Part shown: piece by piece, positions 1 through 9,327 of the stretch | Layout: each line of letters begins with the position of its first letter | How positions within the stretch are numbered: position 1 is the first letter of the stretch | Assembly: GCA_040751815.1 (NCBI GenBank) | Contig: JBFMHQ010000003.1 | Span: 269-64,268 of the forward strand | Reading direction: 5' to 3' | DNA: 64,000 nucleotides | Origin: Bacillota bacterium | GTDB taxonomy: Bacteria > Bacillota > Desulfotomaculia > Desulfotomaculales > UBA12532 | Position numbers and translations under genes: made by a program | The notes under the pieces: generated by a model | Databases searched by the model: none | Told to the model about the DNA's origin: nothing | What the model saw: only the letters and a program-made list of their open reading frames with translations

Positions 1-42
1 CCCGGAGAAGATGGACAGCATGCATCCCAGGAGGTGGACGTT

Positions 43-270
43 GTGGCCCGTTTTATCGTTTACCTTGAACCGGCCGAGGAAGGGGGGTACATCGCTTCTG
101 TGCCCGCCCTGCCGGGATGTGTCACCCAGGGGGAAACAAGGGAAGAAGCCTTAGAGATGGCCAAAGACGCCATCGAGGGATATATCGCCAGCCTGAAGAA
201 GCACGGGGAATCGCTACCCTTTGGCCTAGATAAAGCGGAAGTGGAAACCGTCACCGTCGACGTGGCATAG
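43..270 (+). CDS. hicB: HicB-family antitoxin (short form)
   Basis: EEGGYIASVPALPGCVTQGETREEALEMAKDAI is the typical HicB N-terminal fold; AGGAGG RBS before GTG at 43. Confidence 0.9.
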   Translation: MARFIVYLEPAEEGGYIASVPALPGCVTQGETREEALEMAKDAIEGYIASLKKHGESLPFGLDKAEVETVTVDVA

Positions 271-273
271 GCG

Positions 274-501
274 ATGACGAAACTTCCCGCGTTGAAAGCG
301 AGAGAGGTTATCGCCGCCTTACGGAAGGCCGGTTTTGAAGTTGACCACGTTACCGGTAGCCATTACATTCTCCGGCACCCGGACGGCCGAAGGGTTGTTG
401 TTCCTTACCATGGCCAACGGGATATAAAACAGGGTGTCCTGAAGGCTATACTCAAGCAGGCAGGTCTTACGGCGGACCGGTTTAAAGACCTCCTTGATTA
501 A
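274..501 (+). CDS. hicA: HicA-family mRNA interferase toxin
   Basis: 75 aa, GF..GSH..L.HPDG..VVVP.H..DI..G.LKAILKQAG motif. Confidence 0.9.
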   Translation: MTKLPALKAREVIAALRKAGFEVDHVTGSHYILRHPDGRRVVVPYHGQRDIKQGVLKAILKQAGLTADRFKDLLD

Positions 502-703
502 ACAGGTATTTTCAGGAAGAAACCGGCCCTTCGCCAAGCCTGGCCTCTACTTGAGCAAGCTCTTGCTCAGGCAAGCAGGTTCGGGGTATAATAGTTTTGC
601 ACGCTCGACCAAAATCTTCTGAAAACTTGAATCGAGTAGTCTAGACGGGTAGCGAGAGGCCGGAAATGCAGTAACGACGCGGGTTTGTGGGATTTGGACG
701 ACC

Positions 704-773
704 GCGCTCGACGCGAAATCGAGTAGGCGGGCAAACACCTGCCTCGTGGGTTCGAATCCCACTCTCTCCGCCA
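704..773 (+). pseudogene. 3' fragment of tRNA-Ser(CGA), probable att site
   Basis: Anticodon arm CTCGA-cgCGAaa-TCGAG, long variable arm, T-arm GGTTCGAATCC and 3' CTCTCCGCCA present; no 5' GGAGAG acceptor strand or D-arm upstream; G at the U33 position. Confidence 0.75.
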
Positions 774-889
774 TAAAACGGTCGTCAGTCGTCGGTCGTT
801 CGACGTCGGCAGGGCAGCCACTGCAGGCGGGCAGCAAGAGCGTACCGCGCGTATCTGACGGCCGGCGTCCGCAAGCGGCGATAAATTTT

Positions 890-1158
890 GGCCGTGCTAG
901 ACGGGGAGGTAGCGGTGCCCTGTACCCGCAATCCGCTGTAGCGGGGTTGAATTCCTGCCTGCGGGCCTGGCCTGTGGGGTCCGGCCGCCGTAAGGAGCGA
1001 AGAAGGCTGGGTCTCGCGCGACGAAGATTCCCGAACCGTGTCAGGTCCTGACGGAAGCAGCACTAAGGGAAACCCTTCGGGTGCCGCGAGGGCGCCTGGC
1101 CCGAGCCACCTGCGGCAGGTAACGCCCGGAGGTCACGTTCAAGGGCAGGTGCACGGCC
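890..1158 (+). ncRNA. ffs: Large (Alu-containing) bacterial SRP RNA
   Basis: Starts GCCGTGCTAGACGGGGAGGTAGCGGTGCCC as in Bacillus scRNA; domain IV TCAGGTCCTGACGGAAGCAGC; termini pair (GGCCGTGC/GCACGGCC); upstream of dnaX. Confidence 0.95.
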
Positions 1159-1178
1159 ATTCAAATTTTGCCGGTGGT

Positions 1179-1205
1179 GCAGGCAGTTTGCCTGCTTTTT
1201 CTTTT
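1179..1205 (+). terminator. Intrinsic terminator after SRP RNA
   Basis: GCAGGCA-gtt-TGCCTGC followed by T-run. Confidence 0.75.
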
Positions 1206-1241
1206 CCGGGCGACGCGGCACCGAACCGCCGTCGTAAGGCG

Positions 1242-1276
1242 TTGACCCTCAAGGGCTGAAATTATATTATAATATA
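1242..1276 (+). promoter_or_regulatory. SigA-type promoter with overlapping 14-bp palindrome (candidate ArsR operator)
   Basis: TTGACC-17-TATTAT; perfect palindrome TATATTATAATATA at 1263-1276. Confidence 0.55.
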
Positions 1277-1330
1277 CTTATATTATCCGCACGCCCCGTT
1301 TTATTTCCGCTTGCGGAAAGGGGGATAATA

Positions 1331-1639
1331 ATGACCGACCTGACGGCGTTGCAGGCCGCAATACTGAAAAGCCTCGGACACCCGACCAGGGTAAAGCTCG
1401 TGGAGCTCCTGCGGGGAGGCGAGAGGTGCGTCTGTGAGTTGATCGCGGAACTGGGCCTGGAGCAGTCCAACGTCTCGCAGCACCTGGGCATCCTCAAGCA
1501 TGCGGGGCTGGTTGCTTCGCGTAAGGACGGTCTGCGGGTTATGTACCGCCTCACCGACCCGCGTGTTATAGAACTGCTCGACCTGGCCCGCGACCTCATC
1601 GCGGCGCGCGTTAAAAAAACCCTGGCGGCGCTGGAGTAG
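1331..1639 (+). CDS. ArsR/SmtB-family transcriptional repressor
   Basis: LGHPTR..ERCVCEL..QSNVSQHL..L..AGLV HTH signature. Confidence 0.9.
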   Translation: MTDLTALQAAILKSLGHPTRVKLVELLRGGERCVCELIAELGLEQSNVSQHLGILKHAGLVASRKDGLRVMYRLTDPRVIELLDLARDLIAARVKKTLAALE

Positions 1640-1806
1640 GGCTGGCCGGATTGCTGCAGGGACGGATCATAACTTTTCCTTATAGAATTGAGAAAGGATT
1701 AGCATATTTTGCGCCGAAATGTACCGGTGGTTTGTGCTTCCTGCGTCCGCTCAAGCCGGGCAAAGTTCTCGAATTTCTCATCGGTCACCAAGTGGAGGTG
1801 CGGGAC

Positions 1807-2415
1807 GTGACTTCCTACCAGGTTGACTGCCGGGGGCTGGCCTGCCCCCAGCCGGTGCTCGAAACCAGGAAGGCTCTCGAGCGCGCGGGAAGCGGTACGG
1901 TTGTGGTTATCGTAGACAACGAGGCCGCCCGGGAGAACGTGCGGCGCTTTGCCGAGCATGCGGGCTGGGCGGTGGCGGTGGAGGCGCGGGAGGGCAGCTA
2001 CTACCTTACCCTGAGCCGGGGCGAAGCTGCGCCGGAGGGAGAAGTGGCCCCGGAGCGCGACGCTTCGGGCGCGGAGGCGCGCCCGGTGTACCTCGTCTCC
2101 AGCAACGTCTTCGGCCAGGGGTCGCCGGACCTCGGCGCAACCCTTATGAAGAGCCTCTTCACCGCCGTTGCCGCAAGGGAACCGGCGCCGGCAGCGGTAA
2201 TTTTCCTGAATACGGGCGTCTTTCTCAGCACCGAGGGCTCGCCCGTCCTGGACGCCCTGCACAGGCTGGCGGCGGCGGGCAGTGAGATCCTTTCCTGCGG
2301 CACCTGCCTCGAGTATTACGGCCTCAAGGAGAAACTCGCCGTCGGGCGGGTGTCCAACATGTACGAGATAAACGCCTTTCTGGCCGGCCCGCACAAGGTA
2401 ATCGGCGTGGCGTGA
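1807..2415 (+). CDS. yedF: YedF-like selenium/sulfur metabolism protein (TusA-like + DsrE-like domains)
   Basis: VDCRGLACPQPV TusA motif plus LSCGTCL DsrE-like motif; GGAGG before GTG 1807. Confidence 0.85.
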   Translation: MTSYQVDCRGLACPQPVLETRKALERAGSGTVVVIVDNEAARENVRRFAEHAGWAVAVEAREGSYYLTLSRGEAAPEGEVAPERDASGAEARPVYLVSSNVFGQGSPDLGATLMKSLFTAVAAREPAPAAVIFLNTGVFLSTEGSPVLDALHRLAAAGSEILSCGTCLEYYGLKEKLAVGRVSNMYEINAFLAGPHKVIGVA

Positions 2416-2477
2416 GGGGGGAAGGGGCGTATGGCAGACGGGCGCCCCCGGCCGTTTGGCCGGGGGCGCCTTTGCCG

Positions 2478-2867
2478 TTAGCGGCCCTCTTCGGCGGGGG
2501 CAACGGCGAGGTTGGGCTTAACGCGCCGGACACCGCCCCGCGGGTGGTCCACGTCGCCCACAAAGCGGGGAATGACGTGGACGTGCATGTGCCAGACGGT
2601 CTGCCCGGCGCAGGCCCCGTTGTTGACCCCGATATTGTACCCGTCGGGATGGAATTTCGCCTCCAGCAGTTCCCGGGCCTTCCTGATAAGGTCGTAGACG
2701 GCCAGGACCTCGGCATCGGTGGCTTCAAAAAAGGTGGGGAAATGGCGCTTCGGGATGACCAGGACGTGCCCGGGGTTCACCGGGTACTTATCGTAGATGG
2801 CCACGGCCAGTTCGTTCTGCAAGATAATGTTTTCCGGCGGCAGCGAACAGAAGATGCACGTCGTCAA
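2478..2867 (-). CDS. HIT-family nucleotide hydrolase
   Basis: CIFC..GHVLVIPKRH..GQTVWHMHVHVIPR histidine triad. Confidence 0.92.
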   Translation of the reverse strand: MTTCIFCSLPPENIILQNELAVAIYDKYPVNPGHVLVIPKRHFPTFFEATDAEVLAVYDLIRKARELLEAKFHPDGYNIGVNNGACAGQTVWHMHVHVIPRFVGDVDHPRGGVRRVKPNLAVAPAEEGR

Positions 2868-3013
2868 GATCCTCGCCTCCTTATCGATTATCTTCCGCGG
2901 CCGGTGGCGCCGGGGTGCCGCCCAAAACCATATTACGGGAGGTTAATCCTGTCAAGGAGCGTTGACCCTGCCCGGGGGGTATGCTAAGCTTGAGACGGGG
3001 TGACACGAGCCTT

Positions 3014-4330
3014 ATGGCGTACCAGGCGCTTTACCGGGCCTGGCGGCCGAAAACCTTTGCCGAGATCGTGGGTCAGGAGCACGTTACGCGCACCCTGCAG
3101 AACGCCATTTTGACCCACCGTCTCGGACACGCCTACCTTTTCTGCGGGCCCCGCGGCACCGGCAAGACCTCCACGGCCAAGGTCCTGGCCAAGGCCTGCA
3201 ACTGTCCGGCGCGGCAGGGGGCGGAGCCCTGCAACGCCTGCCCGCTGTGCGCGGCCGTGAACGACGGGGTGGCCGTGGACGTCCTGGAAATCGACGCCGC
3301 CTCCAACCGGGGAATCGACGAAGCGCGGGAACTGCGGGAAAGGGTTAAGCTGCGTCCGGCCGTGGCGCGCTACAAGGTGTACATTATCGACGAAGTGCAC
3401 ATGCTGAGCCACGATGCCTTCAATGCGCTCCTCAAGACCCTGGAGGAGCCGCCGCCCCACGTCCTTTTCGTCCTCGCCACCACCGAGATCCAGAAAGTAC
3501 CGCTGACCATTGTGTCGCGCTGCCAGCGCTTCGACTTCCGCCGCCTCGGGCGGCGGGAGATCGTGCGGCGTCTGGAGGAAGTGGCCGCCGGAACGGGCCT
3601 GGAAGTGGAAGCCGGCGTGCTGGAGCTTATTGCCCGGGTGAGCGAGGGGAGCCTGCGGGACGCCCTGAGCATTCTCGACCAGGTGGCCACTCTGGGCGAC
3701 GGGCGCGTGACGCTGGCGGCCGCCCACGATGCCCTGGGCACGGTATCCCACGAGGTGCTGGCAAAACTGGTGCTGCACCTCGTGGCGGGAGAGGCGGCGG
3801 CGGCGCTGCGCCTGCTCCACGGCGTGGAGGCCGGCGGTAAAGACGTCCGGCTTTTTGCGCGGGAATTCGCCGATTTTCTCCGCTCGCTGCTCCTCTGGCA
3901 GGTGGAGGGGAAGGCCCCGGCCTGGACGCCGGAGGTGCCCGTGCTCCTTGAACTCCTGACGGCCTTTGCCGCCGCGGAACAGGAGGTCCGCTCATGTTAC
4001 CGCGCCTCGCTGCCCCTTGAACTGGCGGCGGTGCGTTTCGCCTACGGGCGGCGCGAGGCGCGCGGGGTTGCGGCACCCCGGGAGGAGGTGACGCTGGACG
4101 GTATCACCCGCGCCTGGCAGGAGGTGCTGGCCGCCTACAGAAAAGAGCGCCCCGCGGCCGCCGGCGCCCTGGCGCGCGCGACGCCGGTCAGGCTTGAGGG
4201 GAGGCAGCTCTTCCTTCGTTTTCAGGACGAATTCTCCGCGCGGAACCTGATGCGGCCCGAAAACCGCGCCGCCCTGGAGGAGACCCTGGCGCGTTCCTTC
4301 GGCGGCCGCTGGGAGATCAGCATGGCCTGA
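3014..4330 (+). CDS. dnaX: DNA polymerase III gamma/tau subunit
   Basis: MAYQALYR.WRP..GPRGTGKT..IIDEVHML..SRCQRF. Confidence 0.97.
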   Translation: MAYQALYRAWRPKTFAEIVGQEHVTRTLQNAILTHRLGHAYLFCGPRGTGKTSTAKVLAKACNCPARQGAEPCNACPLCAAVNDGVAVDVLEIDAASNRGIDEARELRERVKLRPAVARYKVYIIDEVHMLSHDAFNALLKTLEEPPPHVLFVLATTEIQKVPLTIVSRCQRFDFRRLGRREIVRRLEEVAAGTGLEVEAGVLELIARVSEGSLRDALSILDQVATLGDGRVTLAAAHDALGTVSHEVLAKLVLHLVAGEAAAALRLLHGVEAGGKDVRLFAREFADFLRSLLLWQVEGKAPAWTPEVPVLLELLTAFAAAEQEVRSCYRASLPLELAAVRFAYGRREARGVAAPREEVTLDGITRAWQEVLAAYRKERPAAAGALARATPVRLEGRQLFLRFQDEFSARNLMRPENRAALEETLARSFGGRWEISMA

Positions 4331-4448
4331 AACCGGACGTCGCGGATCGGCCGTCAGAGGAGCAGGAGTTGGCGCGGCGGGTTCTGGTTTCCCGGTTCTG
4401 TATTGAGTTGGGGGTTTCCAAACGAAAATTGTCTGGGGTGGTAGGTGC

Positions 4449-4754
4449 ATGGGTTTTAACAAGATGCTCAAGCAGATGCAAAAGCTGCAGTCGGAAATGG
4501 TGCGGCTGCAGGAGGAACTCGGGGAGCGCACCGCCGAGGCCACCGCCGGCGGCGGCGTGGTGCGGGCCGTGGCCAACGGGAAGCAGGAACTGGTAAGCAT
4601 TGAGATCAATCCCGAGGCCGTCGACCCCGACGATGTCGAGATGTTGCAGGACCTGGTGCTGACCGCCGTTAACGAGGCGCTGCGCAAGTCGCGGGAGATG
4701 GTGGCGCAGGAAATGGGCAAGCTCACGGGCGGCCTGGGCATTCCGGGGCTGTAG
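4449..4754 (+). CDS. ybaB: YbaB/EbfC nucleoid-associated protein
   Basis: MLKQMQKLQ..AGGGVV..DDVEMLQDLV; dnaX-ybaB-recR synteny. Confidence 0.95.
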   Translation: MGFNKMLKQMQKLQSEMVRLQEELGERTAEATAGGGVVRAVANGKQELVSIEINPEAVDPDDVEMLQDLVLTAVNEALRKSREMVAQEMGKLTGGLGIPGL

Positions 4755-4757
4755 ACC

Positions 4758-5357
4758 GTGCTCTACCCGGCCAGTGTTACCCGCCTGATCGAGCGGCTGG
4801 CCCGCCTTCCCGGGATCGGTCCCAAAACCGCCCAGCGCCTGGCGCTCTACCTGGTTACGGCGCCCGAAGAGGTGGCGCGCGACCTGGCCGAGGCCCTGAC
4901 CGAGGCGCGCCGGCGGGCGGGCTATTGCGCCGTTTGCGCCAACCTGGCTGAGGGCGAACTGTGCGCCATCTGCCGCGACGAAACCCGTAACCGGCGCGTG
5001 GTCTGCGTGGTGGAGGACCCGCGGGACGTGGTGGCCCTGGAAAAGGCCGGCGTCTACCGCGGTGTATACCACGTGCTCCACGGGGCCCTCTCGCCGGTGG
5101 ACGGGGTGGGACCGGAGAAGCTAACCATCGACCGCCTGCTGGCGCGCGTCAGGGAAGGTGTGGATGAGGTCATTCTGGCTACCAACGCCGACCTTGAAGG
5201 GGAGGCCACGGCCCTCTACCTGGCCCGCCTTTTGCAACCGCTGCCGGTCAGGGTAACCTGTCTGGCCTACGGGATTCCGGTGGGCGCCGACCTGGAGTAC
5301 GCCGACGGTAAAACCCTGTCCAGGGCCCTGGAGGGGCGCAGGGAAATCGGCAAGTGA
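4758..5357 (+). CDS. recR: Recombination mediator RecR
   Basis: LPGIGPKTAQRLA, C4 zinc finger, YHVLHG, Toprim EGEATA. Confidence 0.97.
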   Translation: MLYPASVTRLIERLARLPGIGPKTAQRLALYLVTAPEEVARDLAEALTEARRRAGYCAVCANLAEGELCAICRDETRNRRVVCVVEDPRDVVALEKAGVYRGVYHVLHGALSPVDGVGPEKLTIDRLLARVREGVDEVILATNADLEGEATALYLARLLQPLPVRVTCLAYGIPVGADLEYADGKTLSRALEGRREIGK

Positions 5358-5464
5358 AAGACGGGGAGCAGCAAGCTCCGTCATCAAAGCAAGGCGGCCC
5401 ACATAGTTATAAGGGAGGACAACCGTAGGGAGGCGCGCATCCCTGCGCACGGGGAGGTGGGCCG

Positions 5465-5728
5465 GTGGATTACAAGCTGGTTCTTCTGGGGCTTTGCGGT
5501 CTTCTCGGGCTCTACCTTCTGGCCACGTTTTCCCTAACCCCCTTCAGGTATCTCCTGCGCCTTTTCGGGTGGGCCGTCATCGGCGCGGTCCTTCTGGGAG
5601 CGGTCAATCTTGCCGGGGCGCCGCTGGGCCTGCACATCGCCGTCAACGCCTTCACCATCCTGACGGCGGGAGTGCTCAACATACCGGGCGTGCTGCTCCT
5701 GGTACTCCTGCGACTCTTTGTGGTATAA
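5465..5728 (+). CDS. bofA: Pro-sigmaK processing inhibitor BofA
   Basis: Hydrophobic 87 aa, HIAVN..T...GVL.IPG motif; downstream of recR as in Bacillus. Confidence 0.85.
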   Translation: MDYKLVLLGLCGLLGLYLLATFSLTPFRYLLRLFGWAVIGAVLLGAVNLAGAPLGLHIAVNAFTILTAGVLNIPGVLLLVLLRLFVV

Positions 5729-5807
5729 AAAATGAAGTATACGCGTACGCATGGCGGCAAACTATTGACGGGGTATCGGGTTTGCATTATTATAATCTGA
5801 AAATTTT

Positions 5808-6497
5808 ATGGCACATTCTGGGGTGACCGGAATTCCCGAACGTATTGTCGAGGCCTACGTAGGCGAGTACGCCAGCGGCAAGAGCGAGTGTGCCGTGAAC
5901 CGTGCGGTGGAACTCGCCGGCGGCGGCCGCCGGGTCACCCTGGTGGATCTGGATATCGTCGAGCCGTGCTACACCCTCCGCCCCATCCAGGAAGAACTCC
6001 GTGCCCTGGGCGTTGACGTGATCGCGTGGGAGACCAGGAGGACGGTGGGCCTGGGCGAAGCGGGCACCCTTTTGAAGCCGCAAGCGCGGTGGGCCCTCTA
6101 TCGCCCGGGCGACGTCGTTTTTGACGTGGGTTACGGCGTTGCCGGCGCCAGAACCCTTAACCTTGTGGAGGGTGCGGCGCAGAGCCCGGACCTGGTGGTG
6201 CTGGCCGTGATCAACGCCAGCCGCCCCATGACCGCCTCGGTGGAGGACATCGTCGCCCACGTACGCTCCCTGGGCCGCGTGGACGGGCTGATCAACAACA
6301 CCCACCTGGCCGGGGAAACGACCCCCGAGGTAGTCCAGGAAGGGGCCAAGGTCGTGGCGGCGGCGGCCCGTATCCTGGGGTTGCCCGTGGTGGCCACCAC
6401 GGCGGTGGAAGAAGTGGCCAGGGTGCTCGGCTCCCGTGACGCGCTGGGCCACCCGGTGCGGCCGCTTAAAAGGTATATGCCCCGCGCCTTCTGGTGA
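5808..6497 (+). CDS. Uncharacterised P-loop NTPase associated with the 2-oxoacid oxidoreductase operon
   Basis: GEYASGKS Walker A and DLDIVEP motif; start codon uncertain. Confidence 0.7.
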   Translation: MAHSGVTGIPERIVEAYVGEYASGKSECAVNRAVELAGGGRRVTLVDLDIVEPCYTLRPIQEELRALGVDVIAWETRRTVGLGEAGTLLKPQARWALYRPGDVVFDVGYGVAGARTLNLVEGAAQSPDLVVLAVINASRPMTASVEDIVAHVRSLGRVDGLINNTHLAGETTPEVVQEGAKVVAAAARILGLPVVATTAVEEVARVLGSRDALGHPVRPLKRYMPRAFW

Positions 6498-6534
6498 ACT
6501 GAAGGGACGGGTTACAGGCAGGAGGTTGATATTC

Positions 6535-7620
6535 TTGACCGAGGCACCCCTTACGGGCGAGAAGCGGGTCTTCATGACGGGGAACGAGGTGGTGGCGTGG
6601 GCGGCGCTGGCGGCCCAGGCGGACATTATGTACGGCTACCCGATCACGCCCCAGAACGAGATCATGCACTACTGGACGCGCCTCGCCCCCAAGCATAACA
6701 GGGGGTTTCTGCAAACCGAGGACGAACTTTCGGCCGGGTTCACCACCATCGGCGGCGTGATGGCCGGAAAGAAGGCCTTCACGGCCACCGCCGGCCCCGG
6801 AAATGTATTGATGCAGGAGCCCATGTCTATGGCCGAGGCCATGCGCCTCCCGGTGGTAGTGATTGTTATGCAGCGTGGCGGTCCCTCCACCGGCACCGTC
6901 ATTTACTCGCAGCAGGAGGTTATGATGACCGCCTTCGGCGGCAACGGCGAAGGCCTGCGCGTGGTGTATTCCACCGCCACCCACCAGGAGCTCTTCGATT
7001 ACACCGTCAAGGCCTTTAATACCGCCTGGCGCTACCGTTTTCCCACCTTTGTGCTTGCCGACGGCTACCAGGGGAAGATGCGCGAGCCCCTGACCATATA
7101 CAACCCGGTGGAGCGGGGGATGGAACTGGTGCCCCCCGAGCCTTATGTGGGGCGGCCCGGTACGCCGGGCGTCGACCGTCCGCCCGGGCAGTTCCGCAAC
7201 ACGTACAACGTCGAGGAGGAGCTTTACGAGGTCCTGAGCGCCTACATCCGGGACTGGGAGCAGGTGGCCGGCGAGATCGCCGAACACGACGCCCTGGGTG
7301 TCGAGGACGCCAGGCTGGTGGTCGTGGCCCACGGCGTGGTGGCGCGGGCGGCGAAGCAGGCGGTGGAAGAACTGCGCGCCCAGGGGGTGCCGGTCGGGTA
7401 TTTCCGGCCCATTACCCTGCGGCCCCTGCCCACGGCCGCGCTGCAGGAAGTGGCCCGGCGGGCCGAGAAGTTGCTGGTGGTGGAGTCGGCCTACGGGCAG
7501 CTGGCGCGCCTCCTGCGCGAAGCGCTCTACGGTTTCACGGTGGAGATGCTGCCCCTTTTCAAGCCGGGGGTCGGGGTGACGCCGGAAGAAGTGGCGACCC
7601 GCGTCCGGGAAATCGTCTAA
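6535..7620 (+). CDS. 2-oxoacid:ferredoxin oxidoreductase alpha subunit
   Basis: FMTGNE..YGYPITPQNE..QTEDE..QRGGPSTG; AGGAGG before TTG. Confidence 0.93.
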   Translation: MTEAPLTGEKRVFMTGNEVVAWAALAAQADIMYGYPITPQNEIMHYWTRLAPKHNRGFLQTEDELSAGFTTIGGVMAGKKAFTATAGPGNVLMQEPMSMAEAMRLPVVVIVMQRGGPSTGTVIYSQQEVMMTAFGGNGEGLRVVYSTATHQELFDYTVKAFNTAWRYRFPTFVLADGYQGKMREPLTIYNPVERGMELVPPEPYVGRPGTPGVDRPPGQFRNTYNVEEELYEVLSAYIRDWEQVAGEIAEHDALGVEDARLVVVAHGVVARAAKQAVEELRAQGVPVGYFRPITLRPLPTAALQEVARRAEKLLVVESAYGQLARLLREALYGFTVEMLPLFKPGVGVTPEEVATRVREIV

Positions 7621-7635
7621 GGAGGCAAAAAACAA

Positions 7636-8403
7636 ATGGCCATGCCGTTGGTACAACCCCCGATGCCGAACAGCTGGCGGCGTGATACGAAGCCGCATAA
7701 ATTCTGCCCCGGGTGCGGCCACGGAATAGCCCTGCGGGCCCTCGGGTATGCTATTGACGACCTGGGCATCCAGGACCGGGTGGTCTTCGGCTGCGATATC
7801 GGCTGCTCCCTTCTGGCCTGGGACTTCTTCAACGTGGATACGGTGCAGACCCACCACGGGCGAACCACGCCGGTGATGACCGGCATCAAAAGGGCGCGGC
7901 CCGAGCTCATCTGCATCGCCTACATGGGAGACGGGGGCGGCTACGCCATCGGCGCGCAGCACCTTGTAAACGCGGCCATGCGGGACGAGAAGCTGACCGT
8001 GATCCTGATCAACAACACCCAGTACGCCATGACGGGCGGCCAGATGGCGCCCACCACCCTTCCCGGGCAGAAGACGGAGACCACCCCCTACGGGCGCGAC
8101 CCGGAACTCACCGGTATGCCCATGCGGGGGCCCGAGATGGTGGCCGCCATCACCGAAGAAGGCGCTTACGTGGCGCGGGGCACCGTCAGCAAGGCGCGCC
8201 AGCTGCGCAGGATGTTCATCCGCGCCCTGCAGAACCAGATCGAAGGCCGCGGTTTTTCCTTTGTCGAGGTCCTCTCCACCTGCCCGACCAACTGGCGGAC
8301 CAACGCCGAGGAGACCTGGCGCTTTCTGGAAATAGAGATGCCGAAGTACTTTCACATCGGCGAGATCAAGATCCCGGTGACGGAAGGGGATGTCGATGGC
8401 TAA
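7636..8403 (+). CDS. 2-oxoacid:ferredoxin oxidoreductase beta subunit (TPP-binding)
   Basis: FCPGCGH, IGC, GDGG..NN..YAMTGGQ, CPTNW. Confidence 0.95.
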   Translation: MAMPLVQPPMPNSWRRDTKPHKFCPGCGHGIALRALGYAIDDLGIQDRVVFGCDIGCSLLAWDFFNVDTVQTHHGRTTPVMTGIKRARPELICIAYMGDGGGYAIGAQHLVNAAMRDEKLTVILINNTQYAMTGGQMAPTTLPGQKTETTPYGRDPELTGMPMRGPEMVAAITEEGAYVARGTVSKARQLRRMFIRALQNQIEGRGFSFVEVLSTCPTNWRTNAEETWRFLEIEMPKYFHIGEIKIPVTEGDVDG

Positions 8404-8962
8404 ACCGCTGAAGATCGTCATCGCGGGGGAAGGCGGCCAGGGGGTGCAGGCGGTGGCCGAGATTCTTGCCGAGGCGGCCTACGAAGAAGGCCGCCAGGCG
8501 CTTTACATCCCCAACTTCGGCGTGGAGCAGCGGGGCGGCGTCAGCGTGGCCTTTCTGCAAATCGGCGACCGGCCCATCGGCGCCCCCAAGTTCGAGAAGG
8601 GAGACATTGTTATCGCCCTTTCCAGGCGCGCGATTTACCGGACCCGCCAGTACGTCGGCCCGAATACCATCTTCGTTTACGACGCCTCGGCGGAAGTGCC
8701 TCCCGAAGACCTGCCCAGAGAGGCCAAGAAAATCGTGGGTATCCCGGCCATCGAGATTACCAAACGGGAGTTGCACCCAAGGGTCTTTAACGTTATGATA
8801 ATGGGAGCCGTGATCGGCGTTACCGGGGTGGTATCGCCGGAGGACGCAAAGAAGGCCATCGAGATGCGCCTGGGGTATAAATTTGCCAAGGATCCCAAGC
8901 TCAGGGAGCTCAACTACCGGGCGATGGAGCGCGGGATGGAACTGGCCGGGGCCGCCGTCTAG
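8396..8962 (+). CDS. 2-oxoacid:ferredoxin oxidoreductase gamma subunit
   Basis: AGEGGQG..FGVEQRGG. Confidence 0.93.
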   Translation: MAKPLKIVIAGEGGQGVQAVAEILAEAAYEEGRQALYIPNFGVEQRGGVSVAFLQIGDRPIGAPKFEKGDIVIALSRRAIYRTRQYVGPNTIFVYDASAEVPPEDLPREAKKIVGIPAIEITKRELHPRVFNVMIMGAVIGVTGVVSPEDAKKAIEMRLGYKFAKDPKLRELNYRAMERGMELAGAAV

Positions 8963-8995
8963 GAGGTCACCAAATGTTCCAGGAGGTTCGGGCAG

Positions 8996-9262
8996 GTGCC
9001 TGAGGAGTACTTTAATTTCGAACCCCGCACCACAGAGGTTCCCAAAGGGGTATTTACGGTTTTCCCGGGGCTCTGCAAGGGTTGCGGTCTGTGCATCGAA
9101 AAATGCCCCAAGAAATGCCTGAAATGGTCGGAAACGCTGGGTGTGTATGGGACGCCGGCCGTGGAGCCGGTGGACGGCATCTGTATCGCGTGCGGCGTTT
9201 GCGAAGGGGTGTGTCCTGACTGTGCCATCCGGGTGATCCGGAAACGCGGCAAGGATGGGTAG
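8996..9262 (+). CDS. 2x[4Fe-4S] ferredoxin (oxidoreductase delta subunit)
   Basis: CKGCGLCIEKCP and CIACGVCEGVCPDCAI. Confidence 0.93.
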   Translation: MPEEYFNFEPRTTEVPKGVFTVFPGLCKGCGLCIEKCPKKCLKWSETLGVYGTPAVEPVDGICIACGVCEGVCPDCAIRVIRKRGKDG

Positions 9263-9327
9263 GGGAGCAGGAAAACGCGCCGCTCTGGCGCGCGGTTGCG
9301 CGTTACCTGGCGCGGGGCTGTGCGGGT

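Noticed and set aside
680..773. Intact tRNA-Ser or tRNA-Sec (selC)
   Set aside because: Anticodon is CGA, not TCA, and the 5' acceptor strand and D-arm are missing
3014..4330. Programmed frameshift in dnaX
   Set aside because: No A-AAA-AAG or long A tract seen; the gene is simply short
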